DNA of 64,000 bases from Rhizodiscina lignyota (taxonomy: Eukaryota). Below the pieces are notes generated by a model that was not told the origin of the DNA, made no database searches, and saw only the letters and a program-made list of their open reading frames with translations. The stretch is taken from positions 1 to 64,000 of the forward strand of contig ML978133.1 in NCBI GenBank assembly GCA_010015805.1, given 5' to 3'. Position numbers and translations under genes: made by a program. Positions 23,665 to 35,332 of this stretch are shown here, in pieces. Positions within the stretch are counted from its first letter, which is position 1. Each line of letters starts with the position of its first letter.

Positions 23665-24651
23665 ATGAGCAAGATGTCCGAGTGTGGTCGTCGTCTCCGC
23701 TCAGGCCGGTGAGGCTGGAGTGCTTCCTTGGTGATGAAATATGAACTGCTGACGCGGATTCAGATCCTACGAAAGTCAGCCAAAGCGATGGACTTTTCGA
23801 ATGTCAAAGGAAAAGCAAGTCGCCTGTACTACACAAAAACCCAACAGGCTAACGGTCAGGGTACATCTAGGAAGGCCGCCAGCTTCAGACGCTTCGATTT
23901 CCTCGGCCTGCCTGCGGAAATCCGTCTCTGCATATACGGGCTCATATTCCATGTGGAGAATCAAATATGGACTTTCGGTATTATGGCCTCTGGTTTCTTT
24001 GCTCCCGGCCGATGGCACCACAGGCGGTTAGTCTGGCATAAAGTAAACTTCCTGTCATCTTGTAGACAGGTGTACAAGGAGGGCCTCGATGTCCTGTATG
24101 GACAGACTACATTTGTTTGGATTTGTGACACATCCGAGGTGATTGGCAGCAAGAGCATATCATCAGCCCATTGGGGAAGGGTTATTCAGGGACCAAAGCT
24201 TGAGCTGATCAAGAGAGTCTGCGTTCTGATCCAAATCAACCAAAGGTCAAAGGTCCAACTTCCCGACGGATCTTTTTGGGCGCCCAATATGTCGTTGGCG
24301 ATGGGCAAAGCGCTATCATTACGTAAACTCGAGATTGGACTCATTCGGAGGAAAGCCATCAATGGTACGATCATGCTACAGAATGGCTTGCCTGAGCAGA
24401 TTCCACAGAATGGTTTGTCTGAGCAGATGCTAAGGGGGCTTGACTATGACAACATAAATCCGCCAGAAGGTGAAGCCTTTGTGGATTGGCTGGATGAGTT
24501 ATTGGCCATGGTACCCGCGCACGTAGAAATAACGTGCGCAGAGAGTTCTCATTGGAGTCACAAGAGGTATAAAGCAGGGTCTATCGTTACGGACACGGAA
24601 CAGTTTCGAGGGCTGCTAAAAGAGCGACTGGAACTCCTGTCAAGGGGTTAG
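23665..24651 (+). CDS. F-box-like hypothetical protein (FLxLPAEIR family); introns 23709-23763 (GT-AG) and 23815-23870 (GC-AG)
   Basis: FDFLGLPAEIRLCIY and FLSSCRQVYKEGLDVLY motifs. The spliced N-terminus aligns with the paralog at 28294-29166. Confidence 0.7.
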
Positions 24652-26313
24652 ATTGTGTAGAATTTACGTACTTGAATCCGATCATCTGGAGAAGAGCTTA
24701 AGCAAACTCCATGGTTACTGATTTCTCGGTCAGGCGTTAGAGGCCTCTTGTTATCTAATTCGAAAGCGTCGTTTCGAAAGGAATTGTGGACGGTCTGATT
24801 CTCGCACCTGGATGAACCGGGCACGATGGCGAGGACATCGTGCGTAGTCTGATGTTCCTCTAGTTAGTGCCTTCGCTTTGTAGAGTTGCCAGGATCTAGG
24901 TATTAACGCTGAGAGTTGTTGCCGTAGCACTGGAGTATCGGACATTTTGCGGTCAATAATGCAAAGGCAAGACAAGGCAATCTGCTTGAGTCGTTCGTTC
25001 TGAGTCGTTCATTCGCTGCGATGTTGGAAATGTGTCTTCCGTGTTCCTGACATGACAGTTAAAGTAGCGCTGCTTTCATAACAGAAGCATCTTCGTTCCT
25101 TTCGGGAAACTTGGTTCGAGTATCTGGTGCAATTTCGCAGGACTGTCCTCGTTGCTTGGCACACTAGGATACAGCGGTCGCCCTGCAACAATATTTTAAC
25201 CGGAATACATTCCAATCAAGTGGACGTTTCTTCAATGCTCGTACCTGCCATATCAGAGGATCCCTCTGTTAGTGATGTATATATTGTATAGGTTGAGTCT
25301 CGGTGAAACGTTACATAGTATAGCGGCAAGGCTCCATGCTGCCGTAGAATTCGTTGCGTAAAGTCTGGCAAAGGAAAACAAGTGAATCGGCTTGAAGGTG
25401 GCTCTAAACTGGCTGCGAGGAAGTGGTTTGAGGCATGAAGAACTTGCTCTTTCATTCAATTGGATAATTAGCAATTGGGCGAGTCTAGAGAATCTCCAAT
25501 AGCAATTCTAATATCTTCTCGTCAAGCCATACAAGAAGTAGAATTGGATCGTCACTTCTAAAGGTTTGGAGCAATCGGTAACGAGAAAGGTACGTATATC
25601 GGTTCATCGTCATCATTTGACGTACGTTCTGACGTTGCCGTTTCGTTCTTAGTGAAGACGGGACGGGAGGCGCTTATCCTGGTCACGTGCCTCAGGCCAA
25701 GCGCCGCCCGCGCAGCTGGAAGACATCACCGCCCGGACGACTAGCCTCCTATTCAAGCACAAACAAGTGAAGCTGTTGCAGCCACCCCACAAGGTACCTT
25801 CCCATTCACAGAGCCTCACTTCCGGATTATGAGCATTGCATTGCATTGCCATGCTACGCCATTGACCACCCTGGACTGTGGACCCACTACGCTTACCGCG
25901 TGTTGATTCCAATCCAAATCCGACCTGCATTTCTCGAGAGCATCGACGCCATCATCATCCTGGAGACGAGGCAAAACCCTCAGAACAAGGCCACCACGCC
26001 CCCGGCCGAATCGCAATCGCAGTCCCCGCCACCCTTCTCCTCTCTCTTCCCACCCACCTCCTCCACCGACTGCGATCCGAGCAAGCTCTTCGTCACCGGC
26101 GGGCCCTCTGAAGCCCTTCCTGCATTTGCGCCTCTCCCTCCGCCTGCGCACGAGTCTTCTTCTGCTGCTGCTGCGGCTACCGTCGCGGAGACTAAGGCTG
26201 CGCTACCCCGAGACACAAAGGAAGGCGCCTCAAGTAGCAAAGACCTAGACGACGGAGAACCTCCGCCACCATACAGTGAAGGATCAATCCCTCTCGAGTC
26301 GTTTACCTACGTC

Positions 26314-27610
26314 ATGGCGACAGCCGGAGGTCCTGCGAGTATTATCACGCAGGTGCAACAGGGTGGCGGTCCGGCACTGGCAACACTGGGAGGTGAGAAA
26401 CTAGGTTGATATTTCGGTACATGAGCTTGAGCTGACATGCTTGTCCCGACAGCTGGTTCTGACGAGAACATCACACTTGAGTTGAGGTGCGTAGTAGTAG
26501 AAGAAGTATGCGAAACACAGTTATATGGCTAATAGTGGTTACAGAGGGACTCGATTCACCTTATCCCGCGATGAACTCCTCACTCTCCCCGAGTTTGTTC
26601 TCCTCTCGCTCTTTCCAAATGGACTCCTTCCAGACGGCCACATGAACTCATACCACGATGGAGATGTTTATCCAGTAGACGTTAGTAGCCCCTCAAAGGC
26701 CGCATCGCAAGAAAACCGTCCTCCAGCTGTGCAATATAAGCAACTTGCTGGAAATACGGTGGAAGCGTCGCGGCAAATCCTCTCTAATCCTGAGCTGTAC
26801 TTGTCTGACATGTATTATTACTCCGAACAGTACGATCCGCATTCGTTGCAATACATGTTGGACTTTTTCCGACATGTCGCCCAAACGATTCCGACATCTC
26901 CTCCTTCGCCCACTCAGGCCGCACAAGATGGCCAGCAAGCCACTGAGGCCGTGCCAATTGAGCCCATGGCTGGCTCTGCGCGCGACATGCTTCAAGACAG
27001 AGCCGGTATCATTGTGTTGAGAGAAGACTTGGACTTTTATGCGATCCCGCCACGGAAAGAAATCGACGCTACGGAGATGATTGAGGTTAAGCGCGCAGCT
27101 GGCAAGGCTTTGCTGCAGCAAGATGGAATCTTCAGTGGGTTGAGAAAGAGCGAGGAGCCAGGAACGACGGAACAGCATCTGATTGAGATGCTCACTGCAG
27201 GGTATCTTGATTTCCTTAAGCTGCCAGTTTTGCTAAAACTGTAACTAATTATTTGACCTCTAGTGGATTCAATCACGATGACCGATGGGGCCACCGGGCA
27301 TCCGAGCCCAACAAGGCCGTCATCTGTTCCATTGCATTGGCCAGACTACGAACGGACATCAAGGGCAACGACCTCGCTAATAGCAATGCCGTCGGAATGG
27401 CGCAGAAGCTCCTGCTTTTCTGGCGGAAGCCTGCCAGGCGATGCTGGTGGGAGGGGGTCGAACTTGAGGATGTTGAAGGCGTGGAAGGCAAACTGAAAGT
27501 CTGGATAAGGAGAGTCTGGACTCTTGAAATGGTGAGCTTGGAGAATCCCATGTCTGCTAAGATCACGCACAGCTAACGAAGTTATGCAGAGTGTCATCGG
27601 ATTGCGTTAG
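26314..27610 (+). CDS. WHI2: Whi2-like growth/stress regulator (BTB-like); introns 26393-26452, 26487-26544, 26681-26830, 27202-27263, 27532-27589; possible non-AUG extension upstream
   Basis: ASIITQVQQGG, LRGTRFTLSRDELLTLPEFVLLSLFPNG, IIVLREDLDFY, EQHLIEMLTAGGF, KLLLFWRKPARRCWW, LKVWIRRVWTLEMSVIGLR. Confidence 0.92.
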
Positions 27611-28293
27611 CGACGGGCTCTGATTGGATTCAGCCTTGCGGATTGTCTCGTGTTCTTATGCCCAGTGTTTCGTCGTTGAAAAGCGTGGGAATTTTTTATC
27701 AAATTACGGGGATACCTCACATTGCACGGCTGGAGGACTGTCGCGGGCTTTTCTTGTGTCCACTTCGTTCATATGCAAGGCATGATTGGTGAAGACGGAG
27801 TTTGGGTAAAGTACATAATGTATTGAGCAAGCTCAGATAGCACCTTAGAGCGGACTGGTCCGCGACTGCTGCTCGAAATGCAAAGCTACATAATACCTCA
27901 GGAATAATTTAGACATCGGTCGCTTGAAAGTTTTAGCCAGGTTTTTCATCACTCTCGATGTGTTAAACTTTGACTCCGTCCTACCTTCTAAGAAAGTAAA
28001 CGTCGCCCCGAACTCGCCAAATCAACTCAGACTGGACTCTGTGCCACGCATGACCTGTCTTTTCGTTTACAACCCGACTGTGCATCTTTGGAGCCGTCTC
28101 CCCATTTCCTGTTTCCTCCTTCGAGACCTCTGCTACCCTGTTGGATCCCGGCCGACGGTGGTCTTCGAGCTCCGACAAATTGTTAGACAAGATTGCAGCC
28201 GGCATGCCATACTTTAGCATTCCTTCGTTCAACTCTTGGTCTGCTGTGTATATCATGCATTGCTTTGTGTGCGAAATGATGTGTTGGTCTGGA

Positions 28294-29166
28294 TTAGATG
28301 CCGACCGCTTGCACTTGGCCCTGTTGGCCTTCCTTCTCCTCCACCGCTTCCGTCGTCTCGCCATCTCCAGCGTGTCGCAGGTGCTCGAGCTCCGATAGTA
28401 TCTTTGTAAGGATCTCCCCCTTCAGGATAAGGCCCAGTATGAGACCCCTCTTCCACTTGTCCGAATTATGAGCAACGATTGCTATCGAAAGCGGAATGGC
28501 TCGGATGAGACTGCTGATGGCATTCATGAAAGTAGGATAGTTCTTCCAGGGTCTGCTCTCTGCGTTCCACTCCCTAAAATCGGGGCTTTGGGAATAATTG
28601 CGCACGAGAATTGAGATCGTTCTCAGGCAGGGAAACTGGTGTAGTTCGGACCACTTGGAGAAGCTTGCGCAATGAAACGTCTTGATAGCTTCCTCGGAGT
28701 CCCATTTGATGTCAAGAGTAAGTTGGAGGTGGGTTATCAGATCAAGTTTGAGCGTTTTCATTGAATGGAGTATGCCCTGAGCCATTGTGCAAATGTCGGT
28801 TCCAATCGAGCAGTTGAAGCGCGTCAGTTTGTATAGAGCGGCGGTCCCCTCGTTGTACACCTGCTTGCATGTTGCTAGGAAAAAGAATGGGGTTTGGTGA
28901 TAGCTGGCATATTTGATGCGGCCGCCTCCCCAGAGCCAACATAAGACATAGGCATCGAATAGCAGCTCGTAAATCTGAAGTCGGATCTCCGCGGGGAGAG
29001 CGAGGAATTCGACCGGCCTGAAGAGAGTTTTCTTCTGTAACCTTTTCATGCCGTCGGTGTACTTCTTCGGGTAAATCCTGCAGCGAACGTTAATTGCTAA
29101 TAACTACAGGCCACAAGGTACAACTACTTACATTCCTGAGCGCAACTGCCGACCACTTGGAGCCAT
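28294..29166 (-). CDS. F-box-like hypothetical protein (FLxLPAEIR family); intron 29131-29078
   Basis: MAPSGRQLRSGM|IYPKK...VEFLALPAEIRLQIY and FLATCKQVYNEGTAALY. GTAAGT...TTAAC...CAG intron. Confidence 0.72.
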
Positions 29167-29716
29167 GATACGCAACTCCAGATTGTGTCTAGTACGCTTA
29201 GAGGTAAACTCGGCACTTGAGATGATGTCTTGAGCCTGTACAGTGCGGAGACCCCGCTTCTGAGGAGAGGAGTGTCAATGAGAATGTGAAAGGAGGATCA
29301 AGTTTTGAACTGCGCGGCGAGACATTGAGGGGTGGCGATCCTGAAAACGCGCCAGGTCCTAATTTGTGGTAGAAGAAAGGAAATGAGCAAGTGCTGGAGG
29401 CTATTAATGAAGTCCTTTGCAAGATAGAACTTTCCGGTGCACGTGTTGGTAATGGCGCGACGGCATTCTGTTTCGGAAGGCGCGACTGGGTGGTGATAGT
29501 TTACCTGTACTGGACGATGGATACTTGCATCTGAATCGTGGATTGCCGAAGGATTAAAACCCTATGGTAATTCCGAATAAACCAGACCTTAGCGCAAAAC
29601 TGGTTCTCTATGATTCAGACACCAATGATTGCTATTCTTTCCTTGACGATATCTTTCCCGATTCCCGAAATCAAGACCTCTGAACCAAATGGCCGGCCAT
29701 CATTGATTCTGCTCAA

Positions 29717-30453
29717 TCATGCCCGCCTTATTTCCCATTTAATATCCTTAATGCTGACCTCCTCGCCAGCCTTTTCATCATAATCGAACCACTCGCCGTC
29801 GGAGAGGTCGACGCCAGTGAACTTCGTCCCAGACTCGGTTCCAGTAGCTAGCCATTCTCCCTTGGAAAAGCTCAGTCCAGCTCATTGACAGCAGTGTGCG
29901 TAAACTTACATCGGCTCTGAACTCAACAAATTCTAGACCTCGGCAGTCAAAGACCAAGATGTTCTTTGCTTTGGCAGGCGAGGCCTGCTCATATGCTTTT
30001 GGAGCTTCTGTTATATTCGCCGAATGCTCTCTCTATTGTAATGACGATCAGTGATCAGGTCCATTGTCGGGAAATCGTTTTGTTATGAATTGGAGGCGGA
30101 CCTTACAGTTCTTGCACCTCCATACGAAGTTGGCCTCGCCTCTGCTGCCGCTGAGCTCGTTCGTCTCCTGTGAAGAGTTCAGAAAGAAACATTACGAAAC
30201 GAGTAGGTGACAGTGAGATGTTGTTAGGAGATTGAGGGCATACATGACGGCTCACAGTCACCCAATTTGGATGTATTTCGCGACATGAAGTACATTGGAC
30301 TTTGAAAGTATAGAGATATGGATTCTCAGCGGTGTCATCTGGTCGCAGGTCCGTGACCCTAAAAACCAGTCAGACTGTCAGGCACGAAACGAATTTCCTG
30401 TACACATTGATCGACTACCCATCGAGCTCAGCAGTTAGAGCTAAAGCCAACAT
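29717..30453 (-). CDS. DUF866 / CXXC zinc-binding protein (C1orf123/CZIB family); exons 30453-30419, 30358-30244, 30167-30102, 30032-29910, 29860-29717
   Basis: Manual splicing gives MLALALTAELDGVTDLRPDDTAENPYLYTFKVQCTSCREIHPNWVTVSRHETNELSGSRGEANFVWRCKNCKREHSA...FDCRGLEFVEFRADGEW...DGEWFDYDEKAGEEVSIKDIKWEIRRA. Absent from the ORF track. Confidence 0.92.
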
Positions 30454-30795
30454 TCTGGCAATTTATGAAATTTCGAAAGAGAACAGAGATATACACGTTC
30501 GAAATCGAACGATGGTTGGTAACTATCCAGAATGAAACGCTAAGCCGGATTAGGCAAGGTGATCTCGATGCATCGCGCTGAAGCTCAACCTCAGGTGATG
30601 GATTTCACAACTCAATTCGCTAGATTGATACCCTCGACAGCTCCCAATCCAGAGCCTAAGGCAATCCCTCGATCAAATTGACAATTGCGGGCCTCTTGAG
30701 CGCTCCGGACTGTCCGCGCTGCAATTGTTCCACCTGAAGCTTTCCTCCATCGCATCCGAGTACCTCCATACCCAGAGAAGCATGACCCGATAGCA

Positions 30796-33171
30796 ATGCA
30801 GACGGTCTGGTCGCGCGTTGCGCAGGCCAAGTGTACTTGCAAATGTCCATCTTGCGTCTTCAGAAGGGCCGCCGATGCCCGTCGTAGCGTCGCAACCACT
30901 CGACGACTATTCCTCAAGCCGCTCCAATCCGCTACGTTCACGTATTCCGCCATATTCGCAGGAGCCTGCGTTATCGACTCGAGCATAAAAGACAGGCGGA
31001 GAAATGAATTGGATACTGCACTTGCGAATGCGAGGAAAGAACTGGAAGAGGTCGAAGCGCGCACAGTGAAGGATCAGGAGCAGAGAGACGATAAAAAGAG
31101 GAGGCTACCGGCTGCAGAAGAAGTATTGTCCATTGCTCCAAGAGCTGAAGACCAAAGGATTGTTGCTGTTACTGCTTGGTCGGAGGAATTATTACCCTGG
31201 ACACCGTCACCATCAAACGATGGATTACAACGGGGCAGCATTATATCCCAGATATTGGACGGGCGGGCCTCGAATGCAATTGAGGGTGAAAGGTTGCGTG
31301 CTGAAGAAAGCGTAGATGAGATTACAGGAGACGCTTCGGATGAAGAAGTGGGTACCGATTCTGCCTCACAAGAGCAACTTAGTTCAACTCAGGCTCAATG
31401 GGATGACGAGCGCGGGAGCATCCCATGGGAAAACATTGCACGTTATGACGTCGAAGGAGAAGATAAACCCAGGTGGCCGAAGAATCTCGGTCCAAAAATC
31501 GATACACAATACCTGCCACCACAGTCGCTCTGGGCACCGAAGCAGAGCAAGCAGGCTGCTGCTGAAACGCCATGGGCCAGTCCAAGGAAAGTTCGTACAA
31601 CAGAGATTGTAACGGAATGGCTGGCCTTGGAGCTCTTCCGACAGGCTGACATCTACTATGGAGGCAGACCTGTGGAAGGCCTACCAAGTTCCATCCGGGC
31701 TTTAACACAAATCGACCCTTCACAACTACAGCGCACCTGTGAACAGTTTTTCGAGGCTATCTGGAATCTCAACAAGCAACCGAAAACTAAGTGGAATTCA
31801 TATTATTCGATCCTGCAATCCAAGCCCTTCTGGCAAGACCTTCCGGTCCGAGTCAAATTCGAAATGGATGATACTGAAAGCTTTGTTGAAGGCCGAAAAC
31901 GACTCAATGCGGCGCTATTCAACATTTTTATATCTTCCGCACGAAATGAATTGTCCAATGCGGAGCTCGTAGCGAACGTCTCCCATGAACTTCTCACTAC
32001 TACTTCGCCTCCGGATTACCAGACCTTCAACATTCTGCTTGTTGGCTTCACCAAGAGCGGTAATCACGAAGCTGTTGCAAAAGTCCTTACTGCGCAGGAG
32101 CAAGCACACAACAGACCGAATGAAACAACTTGCGTCGCCATTCTGAATCACCTAACGGCACGTAATGACATTGCGGGTTTCACCAAGTTTGTGGACAAAA
32201 TGCGCGGACATCATAACGGCATCATGCTCGCTCGTCCAGACATAACGGTCACTGAAAGTAACGCCAAGAGATTGCTTGTTAGCCCGCACTCTGAGCAGCG
32301 AAAGGTGATACAGAAAGTTCACCCGACTCCAATGGTATACAAGGCTATCTTGGAGGGCGTGCTTAAATTCGGTGGCTTTCACGTGGCGGTGAATGTGTGC
32401 AACGAAATGAATGCTGATGGATGGGGCCTGGACAGAGGTACACTTGGAGTGCTTCTCCGAGCTTGCACCCGAAAAAGGGACTGGGACAATGGCTTCAAAC
32501 TATGGCAACGGATGTTGAGCTTGGACTCAGCTTCCCGGAGTAGGAATAAGGAGGAGGCTATGAACTGCGCCGAGATGCTGACTCTCTGTCTGCTATGCGA
32601 CAAGCAGTCTCACTTTAAGTCAGTCTTCGGAGAAGCGGTCCACCTGGGGTACAACGGACAGGTCTTGAAAGAGATGGTGAAGAACTCGCCCCTTATTCGG
32701 CGGCGGAGGATCGGTATGATTCAGCTCGACAACCTCGCAGGGCTCCCGCGGGGACGCGTCGAACAAGACAAGCAGAGTCAGCCGCGAGATTTTTCCATTA
32801 AGTTTGTCCGACAACCGCGAGACCGCGCTGTGGCACAACGGAAGCAACCTCAGCTTGCCATGACAGATCGAGATGGTGCAATGGACCAGCCAGACCCCAT
32901 TTCAACTAATGCTTCCGTTCAGAGTCCGCAGCAAAATAAAGAATTTGAGCAGTCACCTCTTGAGCTGAGAGATTGGGACTCAACACGACTGCTTGAGCTT
33001 GAGGTTTCTAGTTCATCTGCTTCCGTAAATGAATCTCCACAAGGGTCTGGTCTGGGTGACAACGAAGACGATTGGGGAATAGCATCGTATTCTCAAGTCC
33101 TTTTGCACCGGGGAAGTGAATCACCGGAAGCACTAAAGAGGCCACCGAAGATGAAGGCCGCGGCGGTGTGA
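30796..33171 (+). CDS. Pentatricopeptide-repeat (PPR)-like protein, probably mitochondrial
   Basis: PPR-like repeats PDYQTFNILLVGFTKSG, PNETTCVAILNHL, PTPMVYKAILEG, LDRGTLGVLLRAC. Basic N-terminus with CTCKCPSC. Confidence 0.75.
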   Translation: MQTVWSRVAQAKCTCKCPSCVFRRAADARRSVATTRRLFLKPLQSATFTYSAIFAGACVIDSSIKDRRRNELDTALANARKELEEVEARTVKDQEQRDDKKRRLPAAEEVLSIAPRAEDQRIVAVTAWSEELLPWTPSPSNDGLQRGSIISQILDGRASNAIEGERLRAEESVDEITGDASDEEVGTDSASQEQLSSTQAQWDDERGSIPWENIARYDVEGEDKPRWPKNLGPKIDTQYLPPQSLWAPKQSKQAAAETPWASPRKVRTTEIVTEWLALELFRQADIYYGGRPVEGLPSSIRALTQIDPSQLQRTCEQFFEAIWNLNKQPKTKWNSYYSILQSKPFWQDLPVRVKFEMDDTESFVEGRKRLNAALFNIFISSARNELSNAELVANVSHELLTTTSPPDYQTFNILLVGFTKSGNHEAVAKVLTAQEQAHNRPNETTCVAILNHLTARNDIAGFTKFVDKMRGHHNGIMLARPDITVTESNAKRLLVSPHSEQRKVIQKVHPTPMVYKAILEGVLKFGGFHVAVNVCNEMNADGWGLDRGTLGVLLRACTRKRDWDNGFKLWQRMLSLDSASRSRNKEEAMNCAEMLTLCLLCDKQSHFKSVFGEAVHLGYNGQVLKEMVKNSPLIRRRRIGMIQLDNLAGLPRGRVEQDKQSQPRDFSIKFVRQPRDRAVAQRKQPQLAMTDRDGAMDQPDPISTNASVQSPQQNKEFEQSPLELRDWDSTRLLELEVSSSSASVNESPQGSGLGDNEDDWGIASYSQVLLHRGSESPEALKRPPKMKAAAV

Positions 33172-33468
33172 TACTGGAGGCGGATGTCCGCTTGGAGAGA
33201 ATTGTAAATATTATGTACCGCTAAGATGATAATGAACCGTCAAATCTTGCAGATAAACAATGCACCCATATTGAGTTCATGTCCTTTACCAATGCTGCAT
33301 CTTCGACACTTTGCTCAGCTGGTCAATTCTAAGCGACCCAGACCAGCTCGAGAGTATGTTGTTGGAAGCTCAGTATGATATACCTTAGTCAGTATTTATT
33401 AAACTACGCGGCCTTAATGAATATAGTTGTAGCGATGCTCAATATTTTATTGTCGAGAGACCAGAGGA

Positions 33469-34440
33469 TTATAACTTCAATTCCAGCAAGCCCAACTTCC
33501 AGCCCACTGCGAACATAAGGAGAGCAATGAGGAAACCGAAGATCAAAGCGTCCCATTGTCCCATAACAACCCTGCTCGTGCGTGCCCTGGCATGTTCCAC
33601 CACCAACCACTGTCCTCGGTCTCTGCGTGCACTTTTCAATCCAGGGCACCCGTCCAGACTCCGCCAATTGTTATTTTCACGATACTTCTCCAGCCCATTC
33701 TTCGCCGCCATCTTGGTTGACCAAGCTGGCATTGTGGGTCGGTCGTCCCACGCTCTACCAGGCACACCGTGCTTCTCTTGCTGTCTTATGGAGTTGTTGT
33801 TCGCCGGCAACCCATAAATTGTGTCGGACTCATCCTCGCTCTGTTCACTCTTTGATTTTGGGAATACAGGGACTCCAAAACCACAGCTCGTTTGTACCTT
33901 GAATACGTCCAGTACAATGACCGCGCGTATCCCTTTCATGCTCATCTGCATCGGTTGTGCTTCCTCGTCTTCGCCTGGCTCGCCGCTATCACTCTCTAGC
34001 AACGCTTTGTCCATTTTCATTCCCGAATCGATCATCCGTTCCACCCACGCGTTGAAATCTTTATCGGCTTTCTCGACCACCCTGCCACGACAGAACAGCC
34101 GCAAGATGCGCGGTGCAGCACCAAAGGAGCAGAACATTATCGTCACGCGACCGTTTTCATAGATGTGGGAGATTGTTTCGCAGCCGGAACCCGTGGCATC
34201 AAGATAAGCGATCTGGTTTTGATTGAGTACGGCAAGGGTAGATTCGGGATGGCCTGTACAGATCTGAATGTCAGTCTGGATCGTTTCGTACCAACGACTG
34301 AGAGGCTAGGTGCATGTCATACCTTTCGGAGAGACATTGATATGCTTGCCTGCTAGAGGAGCGGAGGCGGTAAACCAGACTGATTGCTTGAGCATCCATT
34401 CTTGGATGTCGTCTGGTATTGAGGGATAGAATTTGACCAT
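33469..34440 (-). CDS. Pyridoxamine 5'-phosphate oxidase-like FMN-binding protein; intron 34322-34254
   Basis: MVKFYPSI...WFTASAPLAGKHINVSPKG|HP...YLDATGSGCETISHIYENGRVTIMFCSFGAAPRILRLF, VQTSCGFGVP, SLDGCPG, C-terminal hydrophobic helix. Confidence 0.88.
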
Positions 34441-35332
34441 TCCGGCAGCGGACCTTATCCTCTCGATGTTCTTTTCCTTAAGAAATTTGTTATCAAAGGT
34501 CAGTTTCTCTATCGGTGGCCGAGAGATTGCAGCAGTCGCTGGTACACATCAGACGAGATTTTGGTACAACTAATGAACAACGGAAAGAGAGCAAATTATG
34601 AAGGAGAGAAAAGGAAAGTTAGTCCCTGCTACTTCTCCTTCTACTAGGCTTCACAGCTATCGCACACGCGGAAAGTACGATCGGAATGCATGCAAACAGC
34701 GGAATAATTGGCAGCTTCGGGCGACTAGCCTCAACGAGACATCTGCTCTCACGAGTCTTCGTTTCCTCCGCAACTGCAGTATTCTGCTCTTCCAGCGGAG
34801 ATATTCGAACGAGGCGAAGCTTTTCTGAGGCAATGCCAATGTCCATGTACTTCAGTACTCGTAAATCTGTTCGAGCATCTGAAAAGAGATCAATGTTGTA
34901 TGCCTGCTGATTAAGCATCGTCCCACAGAACTGGATAAGGTTTAGGGCGTGGCTGTGGCATGTTCGGCCGAATCGCCGAGCAGTGGCTTCTCCCAACCCT
35001 TTCCTGTCACCTCTTGAAGTCTGAAAGTCTCTAGAGATCCTTTTTCGTCCGCGGAACGAATGGCCGTCGCTTCCTGAAATCTCTTCATGGAGCGTAACGG
35101 ACTTTTCTTCACTCCGGATATGGCCCGGAGACCCTCAATATGAGTGATGTCTCCAGTGAAGGGCATGAAGCCAAAACCGTATAAATGAAGGTAGTGAAGA
35201 AGTACCTCAACTTTGCATATTTCAGTCTCAATCGCCTCAGTCCCAATCGCCTCAGTCTCAATCTCTCGACTACTGCTTCCTCATACTTTCAGAAGTCTCA
35301 GACGCTTCTCATCTATTCCACTCTTACTTTCA

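Noticed and set aside
34619..35166. Two adjacent minus-strand ORFs between the PNPOx-like and SDR genes
   Set aside because: No recognisable family or splice signals joining them. Likely divergent promoter DNA or an unidentifiable relic.
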